Shown here: positions 37,429 through 46,580 of the stretch, piece by piece | Position numbering within the stretch: position 1 is the stretch's first letter | Layout: the number at the start of each line of letters is the position of its first letter | Assembly (NCBI GenBank): GCA_038733315.1 | Contig: JAVYPJ010000001.1 | Span: 171,469 to 235,468, forward strand | Source of the DNA: Candidatus Aenigmatarchaeota archaeon | GTDB taxonomy: Archaea > Aenigmatarchaeota > Aenigmatarchaeia > CG10238-14 > SpSt-28 | Direction of reading: 5' to 3' | DNA length: 64,000 bases | The notes under the pieces: generated by a model | Database searches by the model: none | Told to the model about the DNA's origin: nothing | The model's input: the letters and a program-made list of their open reading frames with translations, nothing else | Position numbers and translations under genes: made by a program

Positions 37429-38092
37429 AGAATGGATATTGAATATAGCGAATAGTAGGTGGGGATTAACTAAGAAAAATAAGGTAGGTCCTGTTGCTGC
37501 TTGGATAAGAGAGTGCAGCCCAAAAGACATTTCTGAGTGGGAAAGATTCTATTTAGAAAAGTTAGAACAGTTTTTAAAAAATAAAGGCATTAGTTTAAAG
37601 CCAGAAGAATATTTACAAACCCTGGGGAAAACACTCTATACAAAGATAAGCGAAGTAATGATGGTAGAAATATCTAATGTTAGTGAAGATGATTGTATTG
37701 ATTATATAAGAAACCTAGTAATTAACAGGACATACGAGGGTTATTTAACTGAAAAAGAAACAGTATATGAACAGCTCAAGGAAAAATTGGGAGTAGAAAT
37801 TGTACCAGCTTCTGACGAAATAGATAGGTTGTATAATGTTGATTTTTTGATAAAAGTTAAAGAAAAGTTGATAGGACTACAAATAAAACCAGTTACGTTT
37901 GAGCATGCGCCGGAGTATGCTATTAAATGGAGAGAAGTATATAAAAGTTCACACGAGAAATTTACTAAGAGGTTTGGTGGAAGAGTTTTTATGATATTAT
38001 CAGTTAAGAAGGGTAATAGAAAGGTTATCTATAATCAGGATGTAATAGAGGAGATAAGGAAAGAAATTAAGAGACTAAGTTCAAGCGGATAA
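37421..38092 (+). CDS. MjaI-family type II restriction endonuclease
   Basis: NRTYEG...E...DRLYNVDF.I...GLQIKP; overlaps the MTase stop. Confidence 0.82.
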   Translation: MGKEWILNIANSRWGLTKKNKVGPVAAWIRECSPKDISEWERFYLEKLEQFLKNKGISLKPEEYLQTLGKTLYTKISEVMMVEISNVSEDDCIDYIRNLVINRTYEGYLTEKETVYEQLKEKLGVEIVPASDEIDRLYNVDFLIKVKEKLIGLQIKPVTFEHAPEYAIKWREVYKSSHEKFTKRFGGRVFMILSVKKGNRKVIYNQDVIEEIRKEIKRLSSSG

Positions 38093-38139
38093 ATAATTTT
38101 TAAGACTTAATGATAGGACGGTTTTTTATTGAATTCGAA

Positions 38140-38212
38140 TGGGGTCGCTGGGATTTGAACCCAGGTTACTGGCGCCCGAGGCCAGCGTCCTGCCAAGCTA
38201 GACTACGACCCC
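38140..38212 (-). tRNA. tRNA-Pro(CGG)
   Basis: Reverse complement GGGGTCG...CTGGC-CTCGGGC-GCCAG...CGACCCCA. Confidence 0.96.
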
Positions 38213-38243
38213 ATTTTTAATTTTCTCCATAAAAAGTAAAATT

Positions 38244-38292
38244 ATGATGAAGCCGGTATTATCTGATTAATGATGAAGAAGGTTTCGCCTGA
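38244..38292 (+). ncRNA. Box C/D sRNA with two 12-nt guides
   Basis: C ATGATGA - AGCCGGTATTAT - D' CTGA - C' ATGATGA - AGAAGGTTTCGC - D CTGA. Confidence 0.92.
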
Positions 38293-38310
38293 TAGTTTTT
38301 TGTCACATCT

Positions 38311-40482
38311 TTATTCTTTAATTTCCTTAGAATAGTCTATTTTTAAATCCTTTAAAATTTTTTGGTTTAGTAAGTTTTCGTCTCCTACAATTTCTTTAAC
38401 TCTCTCTGCTATCTTTGGGCCTAAAATTAATGATAAAGTTGCTAATGGAATTTTCCTTAATTGCTCTACGGTTTTAATTCCATGTCTATATAGCTTTCTT
38501 GCCCTTACTTTTCCTATGCCTTCTATTCTTATCAAAGGTATTAATTCCTCTTTTATTCCGTATTTTGTTCTTATTCTTAGTTTTTTTATTTTTTTGAGAA
38601 TGTTTAGTTTTCCAGTTAGAAGTGATAATTCTTGTAAGCTATATAATATCCAATCAGCGATTTCTAATATTCCTCTTAATTCTCCAGGAGCAACTTTAAA
38701 CTCTTCTAATATTTCATTTTCACTTTTTTCATTAATCCAGGAATCTAAAATCATAGATAGCTTAAAAGTTGGTAAATAAAATTCAAAATCTAAATCAAAT
38801 TCGTTTGGAATTTCTATTAAGAAATTTCCTAGGTTAGAATAATAAAAACTTAATAGTTTTTCATATTCTTTTTCTCTTACGTTAACTAAAAATTTCATTT
38901 CTGTTGTAGATGATATTAGCTGAAATATTAAAATTTCTTTTGTTTTTTCGTCTATTTTTTCTAACCCTTCTAATAATATTTTTGCGCTCAATGGATCTAT
39001 ATACAACTCACTAACTCTTTTTCCAATTCTTGTTGCTTTTAATTCATCATTTTTATTTTCTATAAATTTCCATTTTTCTAAGAGATTAATTATTTCTTCT
39101 GTTTTTGATTCTAAAAATTTTTTATTTTTAGTTTGGAAATAGAAGAAAGAGGTCTTAAGAAATTTTATTAAATCTTTTTTACTCTTAACAAATCCAGAAG
39201 AGATTAATGAAAGGATTTGGGATCTTAGGATTACTTCATTTCCGATTTTTGAAATTATTTCTTCTAATTCTCCAAAAACATATTTTTCTAATAACAGCTT
39301 TGCTTCCGCCTTTGTTTTTGCATATAATAATCCAATACCAAACTTATCGTACGGAACTCTACCCGCTCTTCCTACCATTTGTTTGTATTCTATATTTGAG
39401 ATAAAATTTCTTTTTCCGAGATCAAATCTTTTATAACTAGCTATTATAACACAAAAGCTAGGTAAATTTAATCCCATTGATAGAGTTGTTGTTGAAACTA
39501 GAATTTTTAATTTTTTATTTTTAAATAAATCTTCTATTATTTTTCTTTGCTTGTATAATAATCCTGCATGATGAAATGCTATACCATTTTTAACTAACTC
39601 AGAAAGCTTTTCACATTGCTCTGTTGGATTTTCTAGAACATTCAAAATTTCTTTTGAGTATTGAGATAAGTTCTCTCTTAAATAATTTTTTGTAATTTCG
39701 CTTAATCTTTTTGCTAAATTTTCTGCTTCTTTTCTTGTAGGGCAAAAAATTATTGCTTGTTTATTTTTTTCTAGAATAGTCTTGATTAATCCCTCTATTC
39801 CAGCTTCTTTTAACTTAATTTTTTTGTTGTTATTTAAGTAAATTTTGTTTTCTATTAAAACACCTTCATATAGAGGTATAGGTCTGAAATCAGTTTCGTA
39901 AAAATTTATTTTTAGCCATTCTGCAATTTCTCTCACATTTTTTATTGTTGCACTTAATCCAACTATTTTAATTCCTGGAATTAACTTTTTTATTTTCATT
40001 ATTAAGAACTCTATTGTAGGTCCTCTATGGAAATCGTTTAATAGATGGATTTCATCTAAAACTATTAATCCAACTTGGAAAATCCAATTAGCTTCATGCC
40101 TAATTAAAGAATCTAGTTTTTCATATGTTGTAATAATAATATCATAATAAGCTAGAAAGTTATCTGCACTATCATAATCTCCAACACTAATCGCAACTTT
40201 ATAATTATTAAAAATTTTTTTAAATTCTTCAAACTTTTCGTTTGCTAGCGCAACTAACGGAACGCAATATATAATTTTGTTACCTTTTTCTAATTCTTTT
40301 GCAATCGATAAAACCGCTAATAAAGTTTTTCCGCTATTTGTTGGGGCTGAAATTATATAACTATCGTTTAAAAATCTTAAACATTCTTTTTGATATTCGT
40401 AGAGCTCATTTATTTTTCTCTCTTTTAGCGAAACGATTATAAATTCGCTTATTCCAAAGTTTTTTAATTCTTCTATTTTCAT
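38311..40482 (-). CDS. hel308: Ski2-like DNA helicase Hel308/Hjm
   Basis: APTNSGKT, DEIH, LSAT, FHHAGL, QMVGRAGR, C-terminal HhH. Confidence 0.93.
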   Translation of the reverse strand: MKIEELKNFGISEFIIVSLKERKINELYEYQKECLRFLNDSYIISAPTNSGKTLLAVLSIAKELEKGNKIIYCVPLVALANEKFEEFKKIFNNYKVAISVGDYDSADNFLAYYDIIITTYEKLDSLIRHEANWIFQVGLIVLDEIHLLNDFHRGPTIEFLIMKIKKLIPGIKIVGLSATIKNVREIAEWLKINFYETDFRPIPLYEGVLIENKIYLNNNKKIKLKEAGIEGLIKTILEKNKQAIIFCPTRKEAENLAKRLSEITKNYLRENLSQYSKEILNVLENPTEQCEKLSELVKNGIAFHHAGLLYKQRKIIEDLFKNKKLKILVSTTTLSMGLNLPSFCVIIASYKRFDLGKRNFISNIEYKQMVGRAGRVPYDKFGIGLLYAKTKAEAKLLLEKYVFGELEEIISKIGNEVILRSQILSLISSGFVKSKKDLIKFLKTSFFYFQTKNKKFLESKTEEIINLLEKWKFIENKNDELKATRIGKRVSELYIDPLSAKILLEGLEKIDEKTKEILIFQLISSTTEMKFLVNVREKEYEKLLSFYYSNLGNFLIEIPNEFDLDFEFYLPTFKLSMILDSWINEKSENEILEEFKVAPGELRGILEIADWILYSLQELSLLTGKLNILKKIKKLRIRTKYGIKEELIPLIRIEGIGKVRARKLYRHGIKTVEQLRKIPLATLSLILGPKIAERVKEIVGDENLLNQKILKDLKIDYSKEIKE

Positions 40483-40486
40483 TAAA

Positions 40487-40900
40487 TTATTCTTGAATTA
40501 ACTCTTTTACAACTTTTGCAAATTCCTCTAAATAGACTCTTTTTTCCTTAAAAACATTATATACAATTTCTAAATCTATTTCTGTATATAGGTGAACTAA
40601 AACATTTCTAAAAGAAGCCAGTTTTTTTAATTCTTCTTTTAATTCTTTTCCTATTATTTTGTTTTCCCATAAGATATCAAATATCTCTTTATACGAAGAA
40701 GGTTCTCTGAATTTTTTTATTTGGATAATATTATTTCCAATATCTATTGATGCTTGAATAGCTTTCAACATACAGTGCATTATCATATTTTGATAGTCTT
40801 CGTTTGATAAAAAATTTTCCTTACATATTTTTTCATACTCTTTCCATTTCTCTATGGATTTTATTAATAATTTTAGATAGACCTCAAGTTTCTCTTTCAT
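40487..40900 (-). CDS. HEPN (DUF86) toxin
   Basis: IQASIDI, FRNVLVHLY (Rx4HxY). Confidence 0.92.
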   Translation of the reverse strand: MKEKLEVYLKLLIKSIEKWKEYEKICKENFLSNEDYQNMIMHCMLKAIQASIDIGNNIIQIKKFREPSSYKEIFDILWENKIIGKELKEELKKLASFRNVLVHLYTEIDLEIVYNVFKEKRVYLEEFAKVVKELIQE

Positions 40901-41277
40901 ATTTTGTCAAGGTAATATTTTGTGTATTTATCTATTATTGGTTTAAAGTCGAAATATTCGTTTAAAGTTTTTAACCTCTCTTTAAAGAAAGCTTCTTCAT
41001 TAAAAATTATTCTAATCCCTTCTTTTATGGCAAAAAATTTGGTTTGAAGATTAACTCTATTCCAATCTTTCACATCTATTTCGATTTTTATTTCTTTCTC
41101 TATTTCATCTATAATTTCGTCTTTTATTTCTCCTTTTATTAATATATCAATATCTTCAAAATAATTTCTAGTTGCGAAGGAGCCAAATATTATTGCAAAG
41201 TCAATATTATATTTGGAAAGAATTTTCCTAATCGTTTCTACAATTTTTTCCTTTTCAGATAACTTATGATAATTCAT
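40897..41277 (-). CDS. Minimal nucleotidyltransferase (MNT) antitoxin
   Basis: FGSFA...EDIDIL; translationally coupled to the HEPN gene. Confidence 0.9.
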   Translation of the reverse strand: MNYHKLSEKEKIVETIRKILSKYNIDFAIIFGSFATRNYFEDIDILIKGEIKDEIIDEIEKEIKIEIDVKDWNRVNLQTKFFAIKEGIRIIFNEEAFFKERLKTLNEYFDFKPIIDKYTKYYLDKI

Positions 41278-41278
41278 T

Positions 41279-41836
41279 TTAGCTTTCTTTTTCTATTTCG
41301 AAAATTATTTTTAGTTGTTTGTTTGGATTTTTTATTTTTTCTACAATTCTTCTATCTATATCTATCGCTGCTTTATTAGATAAAATCACAGCTGTTCTAT
41401 CGTCTATGAAATCGCTTTTTCTTATTACTATTGATTTGTCGTTAGTTAGTTTTAGGGCTGGTGAACCAAAAGCGTAAAATACTTCTTGCAATTCATCAAC
41501 TATTATAGTTATTTTTACCTTAGCGCCGCTTTTTAGTGCTATTTTAAATTCTTCACTAAAATCGCTAACACTTTTATTAGCTTTTATTCCTATTATACAA
41601 TCTCCTTTTTCAGTTAGAAAATCTTCCTTAGTTATTTCTAAGGTGGATTCGTGGGTGGCTTGTATTTTAGGGTGGCCATATGCTATTACTTCCTCCTTTA
41701 TACTTTCAAAAATTCTAACTATTTGCCATCTGTTTTTTTCTAGCTGAAATATTCCGTAATTTGAATGAAAATATGGGATTCTTTTTTCCTCTAATCTTCT
41801 AATAATTTCAAACCTTTCTTGAAACTTATCTACCAT
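41279..41836 (-). CDS. DUF371 domain protein
   Basis: AYGHPKIQATHESTLEIT...GDCIIGIKA...VIRKSDF. Confidence 0.9.
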   Translation of the reverse strand: MVDKFQERFEIIRRLEEKRIPYFHSNYGIFQLEKNRWQIVRIFESIKEEVIAYGHPKIQATHESTLEITKEDFLTEKGDCIIGIKANKSVSDFSEEFKIALKSGAKVKITIIVDELQEVFYAFGSPALKLTNDKSIVIRKSDFIDDRTAVILSNKAAIDIDRRIVEKIKNPNKQLKIIFEIEKES

Positions 41837-41875
41837 AAATTAATTTTTTATTAAAAAAAGAAAAAAGTGTTGGGA

Positions 41876-42169
41876 TTATTCTGCCTTTATTTTTATGTAT
41901 TTGTGTAGGAAAAAGTTATATATAGCTGCTGTTATTATGCCAGATATAAAACCACCTATGAATCCTATTACTATGATTATTATATAGGATGTTATTAAAG
42001 ACGCTGTTGTTATGCCAAAGAGTGTTGAGGTAGCAATTTCTGGTAGTGCGCTGATTATTGAAAGGCTAAGGATTAACATTAAAAGACCGATTATTGCTGT
42101 TATTATTGTTGAGGATATTGCTATTACTAAAGCAAAAGAGATGTAGTCTATTTTTTCTACATCTTTCAT
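41876..42169 (-). CDS. Small two-TM membrane protein
   Basis: Two long hydrophobic segments ending AAIYNF. Confidence 0.7.
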   Translation of the reverse strand: MKDVEKIDYISFALVIAISSTIITAIIGLLMLILSLSIISALPEIATSTLFGITTASLITSYIIIIVIGFIGGFISGIITAAIYNFFLHKYIKIKAE

Positions 42170-42172
42170 AAA

Positions 42173-43006
42173 CTATATTTTCTTTTTAAGATATATTATG
42201 TTGTTTCTACCTCTTTTTTCAACATCTACAATTCCTCTGTTTTTTAGAGAATAAACTATTTTACTTATTTCTGCCTTCGATAGCTGCGTTAATTCTACTA
42301 ACTTTTTTTGGTTTATTGGGTTATTTTTTAGTAAAATTTCTAAAATGTTTTTTTCTTTTGGTTCTAAGATTTTCATTATTTCTAATCTTTGTTTTTCTAG
42401 TTTTGATTTGTAATAAAAATAAACTATTACAATACCAGCTAAAAATATTGTTAGTATAATAGTTATTAAAGAATATGGAAATGGAATAATCCTTTCTACT
42501 TCTTTTATTTTGAATTTTGTTTCGAAAACAGTTATGTTAGAATCTCTAAAATGTAAAATTATTCTTTTTCCATCGCTAGAGGCATTTACTAAGTTTTTAA
42601 TTTTTCCCATTTCTTCTTCTAATACATATCCTATTGGTAAATATACAATTAAGTTAAAGCTTCTAGCGCTAGTTAGAATTTTTAGTTCGTATTCTTTATT
42701 TTCGTTTACTATTTTTTCGGTTTCTACGTAAATTTTATATAGTATAGGTAAATCGTTTTGATTTTTTACTTTACAAATTATTGAGTTTTTTTCAAATATG
42801 TCGCAATTTATTTTTTCTTTTTGATCTACAGTTAAATTAAATAGCTGTTTATTGAATGTTAATATAGTATCTACGCTTTTAGAGATTATTGAGATGTTGT
42901 TTTTTGTTGTAAAGTCTTCGTTTAAATACTGCTCTATTATTATCTCGTTTCCTAAGATTATTGGAATTATTGAGAGGAATATTAGCAGTTTTAATAGGCC
43001 TTTCAT
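42173..43006 (-). CDS. Membrane-anchored transcriptional regulator (signal peptide, extracellular domain, TM, cytoplasmic wHTH)
   Basis: C-terminal INQKKLVELTQLSKAEISKIV.SL...EKRGRNNII. Confidence 0.8.
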   Translation of the reverse strand: MKGLLKLLIFLSIIPIILGNEIIIEQYLNEDFTTKNNISIISKSVDTILTFNKQLFNLTVDQKEKINCDIFEKNSIICKVKNQNDLPILYKIYVETEKIVNENKEYELKILTSARSFNLIVYLPIGYVLEEEMGKIKNLVNASSDGKRIILHFRDSNITVFETKFKIKEVERIIPFPYSLITIILTIFLAGIVIVYFYYKSKLEKQRLEIMKILEPKEKNILEILLKNNPINQKKLVELTQLSKAEISKIVYSLKNRGIVDVEKRGRNNIIYLKKKI

Positions 43007-43181
43007 ATTAAATAAAATAAAAGTAATGTTTTTAAAGCATTGCTTTCTGTTTTTTAATGATAAATAAAAATATTTGTTTTTATTTTGTTTTTTGAAAAAA
43101 TTTAAATTTATAAACTTTTTATAGAAAAAATTTTAATTTTTAAACAATTTTCTAAAAAATTTTTAAATCAATATTTTTGGT

Positions 43182-43210
43182 TGGAAACAGTTTCCATTAG
43201 TGTTTAAATA
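43182..43210 (+). promoter_or_regulatory. S-layer promoter: palindrome TGGAAAC-A-GTTTCCA followed by TATA box TTTAAATA
   Basis: Palindrome at 43182-43196, TATA at 43203-43210, about 25 nt before the leader hairpin. Confidence 0.55.
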
Positions 43211-43235
43211 GGGTATATAGGGTATTTGATATTAT

Positions 43236-43284
43236 GGAATGCCCCTATTAGAGCTAAGTATCGCTATGAAAATAGGGGTGTTCC
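43236..43284 (+). promoter_or_regulatory. Structured 5' leader hairpin with a K-turn upstream of the S-layer gene
   Basis: 14-bp stem GGAATGCCCCTATT/AATAGGGGTGTTCC (2 GU pairs); inner GAGC...GC-TAT-GA K-turn. Confidence 0.7.
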
Positions 43285-43307
43285 GATAGATGTGCTAAAT
43301 ATAAAAC

Positions 43308-45452
43308 ATGACACTCATAAAAAAACTCGGTGCAATAGCGATTGGAAGCATTTTATTAGCTTCTAGTGTAGTTCCTTTAGCGCAATCAGAATTAACGATT
43401 AAGGATGCTATAGCAAAATTAGGAAGACCAGGAACAGACTTTTGGATAGTTGTTGGAAAAGATAGAGCTCATGTTATAGATACGTTAACAGCAGCAGACA
43501 TAGCCTTAAGATTTGCAGAATTTGCTACAGTCGAGGAGCAAATAGCTGGAACGAAAGAATATACTGTAAAGGGATTAGAAGCTAGATTAATGTTAAATAC
43601 AAATAGCTTAACTTCTGGTGGTCAGCCAGCACTACCAACTGGCGAGTTGGATAATAACGTTTTACCTCAATTAAAAAAAGAATACACTGTTAGAGTTGGA
43701 ACAGATTCTTTAACAGTAAAAGAATTAGTAGAAGTATCTAATACAACAAGTCTAGCTAATAATGTTTATGCAAATTCTACATTAGCGTTAGGATTGAATT
43801 CTGCCCCAGCAACGTATCTAAGCTATTATATAAAAGTCGATGGCAATCTAAGTAATGTAAATGGTGATGCTGGGAGGCTTTTAAAAGTTAGATTGGGAGA
43901 TAACAATTTTGTAATTTCTAAGGTAGAAGATGGTAGTAAGGATAAAGTTACATTATTCGATGGTTTTGGACCTGATTGGTTAAGAGTTGGTGAAGAAAGG
44001 GACATAGGAAATACTGGATATAAACTAACATTGACGGATGTTATGGGTTTTGGTGGTGATGTAGTTGCGATTGGTAAAATAACAGATAAATCTTCTGGCA
44101 GGGAATACCCATTTAACGTACAGATATCTGGTGGATCTCCCATTCCAGAGATTATTGAGATTAGTGATGACGTATCATTTAAGATAGTTTTATTAAGTGG
44201 AGTAGGATTTGGAGATCAGAAAACAGCTAGAATTGTAGTGGGTCAGGAAAAAGTAGTAGCTGATGGAGATAAATACGATGAAATATTTAAATGGAAGGTA
44301 GATTACAGTTCAAATACGTTAAAGTTCGGTTTTGATTTAAAGCCAGAAAATACAACGTATGTTGATGTAGGAAAGTCTATTAAATTACCAGGAAGCAAAA
44401 TATCCTTATCAAACTTAGGATTAACACTAACTGATAAGGATTATTTAGCTACTATAAACGTTAAACTGATAGATATAGATACAACAAAGGTAAACGCGAC
44501 CAGCTGTTTTTCCAGTGCTAAGGACATCGGCTTAGAAATTTCGAACGTACCGATTTATAGTGGTGGAGGGATTTATAATAATGTATACGTTTTGTTTAAA
44601 GCTAATAACACCAACTTAGATGCAAAAATAGCATATATAGATAGCAGTAGTGGAGAATATAAGTGCTTCAGTAGTAGTGACCAACTAACTTTAGGACCAA
44701 CGGATATAATATTACAACCTCAATATAGCTTGACAAGTAATAAATTCCCACTAACCAACAATCTTGAAATAGAAATGGATGATACTAATAAAGTTATATC
44801 GACAGTAGTGGGTACATCTGATTACGGAATGGGTATTAGTTATAATACTGCTAACGTTAATAATACTTGGGTATACACAAAATACGGTCATAAGGTCTTT
44901 GTGTCTAGTGATAGAAAATTAATGAAATTATCCTGGACACCAATACAAGGATACTTAAAAGTTGCATTAGGTGAAGTAACAGAGAAAGTTGTTGGTGGAG
45001 GAACAATTAAAAAACTAGATGTACAGGCATTGCAAGTTCCTGTAGGAAAGTTTGATACAGAAGTTTCAACAGATTCTTCATTAACGAAGAACTTAATAGT
45101 AATAGGAAGTCCAATAGTAAACAGAGTTGCTGCAGCATTATTGAACTTACCATATGGAGAGTTTGAACCAACAAGAGATTACTATGCAAATATAGGAGCA
45201 TATGATCCAGCAACAGATCAAGGTAAAGGATTCATTCAAGCATTTGACAACATATTCAACTCTGGAAAAGTAGCAATATTAGTAGCTGGATGGAGAGGAG
45301 AAGATACTAGATTATCAGGAAGCGTATTGCAATTATACGATAAATTCCTAAGCGACTTGAACAGAAATGCAGTAATAATTGGAGGAACAAGAGAATCACC
45401 AACATTCTTGCCAGCAAAAACACCAGAGACATCAACAGAGGGAGCTGAGTAA
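43308..45452 (+). CDS. S-layer protein
   Basis: IKKLGAIAIGS signal peptide, IVVG..A..ID..AADIA, C-terminal NLIVIGSPIVNRVA and ILVAGW..EDTR; many sequons. Confidence 0.9.
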   Translation: MTLIKKLGAIAIGSILLASSVVPLAQSELTIKDAIAKLGRPGTDFWIVVGKDRAHVIDTLTAADIALRFAEFATVEEQIAGTKEYTVKGLEARLMLNTNSLTSGGQPALPTGELDNNVLPQLKKEYTVRVGTDSLTVKELVEVSNTTSLANNVYANSTLALGLNSAPATYLSYYIKVDGNLSNVNGDAGRLLKVRLGDNNFVISKVEDGSKDKVTLFDGFGPDWLRVGEERDIGNTGYKLTLTDVMGFGGDVVAIGKITDKSSGREYPFNVQISGGSPIPEIIEISDDVSFKIVLLSGVGFGDQKTARIVVGQEKVVADGDKYDEIFKWKVDYSSNTLKFGFDLKPENTTYVDVGKSIKLPGSKISLSNLGLTLTDKDYLATINVKLIDIDTTKVNATSCFSSAKDIGLEISNVPIYSGGGIYNNVYVLFKANNTNLDAKIAYIDSSSGEYKCFSSSDQLTLGPTDIILQPQYSLTSNKFPLTNNLEIEMDDTNKVISTVVGTSDYGMGISYNTANVNNTWVYTKYGHKVFVSSDRKLMKLSWTPIQGYLKVALGEVTEKVVGGGTIKKLDVQALQVPVGKFDTEVSTDSSLTKNLIVIGSPIVNRVAAALLNLPYGEFEPTRDYYANIGAYDPATDQGKGFIQAFDNIFNSGKVAILVAGWRGEDTRLSGSVLQLYDKFLSDLNRNAVIIGGTRESPTFLPAKTPETSTEGAE

Positions 45453-45477
45453 TCTCCCTCTCTTTTTTTCTTTTTTT
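45437..45477 (+). terminator. Hairpin plus long U-tract terminator of the S-layer gene
   Basis: AGAGGGAG/CTCCCTCT followed by two T7 runs. Confidence 0.7.
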
Positions 45478-45492
45478 AATTTATTTTTTTAT

Positions 45493-45547
45493 GCGATGAT
45501 AAAACTGTCCCAGCATGAGCTTTAATGATTAGAGGGGTAGCTATTGA
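45493..45547 (+). ncRNA. Possible degenerate box C/D sRNA
   Basis: C GCGATGA - guide - D' ATGA - C' TTAATGA - guide GAGGGGTAGCTA - D TTGA. Confidence 0.4.
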
Positions 45548-46005
45548 GCTTCTATACTTTTAAGAATTGAAATATAACTCTCTAAGTCCAACATTAAAAA
45601 GCTTATTTTCAACTCTTCTATAAAAACGTTTTTTGGTAAATTATTAACGTCTTTTTTCGAAAAAGAAATAAATTTTTTTCCAACCTTTACTATCGTTTCA
45701 AATTTTTCATCAGAATGATTAATAATGAAAAAAGGCTTACTTCTAAAAAAACCGAAGCACAAAAAATTTATTTCGTTTTTTGAAAGTTCAATAAAATCTT
45801 TTATTGGAATGGAAACGTATGCATTCTTTTTAGTTGTTTTTAACTTACCCTTTAATTCATATTTATTCAACTTTACTATTATATCACACCCTGGATAAAA
45901 TTCGCTTTTTTTACCGCTTAGCGTTACTCTTTTTGCATCAAAACCAAAAGATCTAAACTTATAAACAACATGATATTCAAATCTTCTACCGACTTTATAA
46001 CTCAT
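45541..46005 (-). CDS. Hjc-like Holliday junction resolvase family protein (atypical active site)
   Basis: SYKVGRRFE...GF...R..SG...CDIIV; ExK motif appears as KLK. Confidence 0.65.
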   Translation of the reverse strand: MSYKVGRRFEYHVVYKFRSFGFDAKRVTLSGKKSEFYPGCDIIVKLNKYELKGKLKTTKKNAYVSIPIKDFIELSKNEINFLCFGFFRSKPFFIINHSDEKFETIVKVGKKFISFSKKDVNNLPKNVFIEELKISFLMLDLESYISILKSIEAQ

Positions 46006-46034
46006 AAATTTAAAAATATAGTTGTATTATAATT

Positions 46035-46580
46035 ATGGTTGTGAAACTAAAAGACATAATGTCCACTACTTTGAATACCATAGACGAAAATAAAAATATA
46101 ATAGATGCTGCAAAAAAGATGAAAAAATTCTCTTCTCTATTAGTCAAAAGAAAAGGAAAGATTTATGGAATTTTAACAGATACAGATATTGTTAGAAAAG
46201 TTGTTGCAAGAGGATTGGATCCAAAAAAAGTTAAGGTTAAGCAAATAGCAAGCACACCCTTAATAACCCTAGATGAAAACGAAGATGTAAGAAAGGCGTC
46301 TTATGTGATGATAAAAAACGGAATAAAGAGAATTGTTGTTACAAGAAATGGAAAAGTTGTTGGAATTGTTACAGCTACGGATATAGCTAGATACATTCCA
46401 GATTATTTAGATGTAATAGAAATTGGGAAAAAGTATATGGGTGTTAAAAGACCAATACTAGAGGATTTAGAAGATGAATTATTAATTGGTGAATGTGAAG
46501 AGTGTGGAAATTTAACTTCTGATTTGAAATTAGTTAGCGGTAGGTGGCTTTGTGAAAGTTGTAGAGAGGAATGGAAATAA
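46035..46580 (+). CDS. CBS-domain protein with a C-terminal Zn ribbon
   Basis: GILTDTDI, GIVTATDI; GECEECG...WLCESC. Confidence 0.9.
   Translation: MVVKLKDIMSTTLNTIDENKNIIDAAKKMKKFSSLLVKRKGKIYGILTDTDIVRKVVARGLDPKKVKVKQIASTPLITLDENEDVRKASYVMIKNGIKRIVVTRNGKVVGIVTATDIARYIPDYLDVIEIGKKYMGVKRPILEDLEDELLIGECEECGNLTSDLKLVSGRWLCESCREEWK

Noticed and set aside
36123..38212. Integrated mobile element at tRNA-Pro
   Set aside because: No integrase and no duplicated tRNA 3' end on the far side of the R-M genes
43182..43196. ORB-like origin box (TGGAAAC/GTTTCCA) beside an AT-rich tract
   Set aside because: Half-site arrangement differs from ORBs, it is a single copy, and there is no G-string or cdc6; better read as a promoter operator
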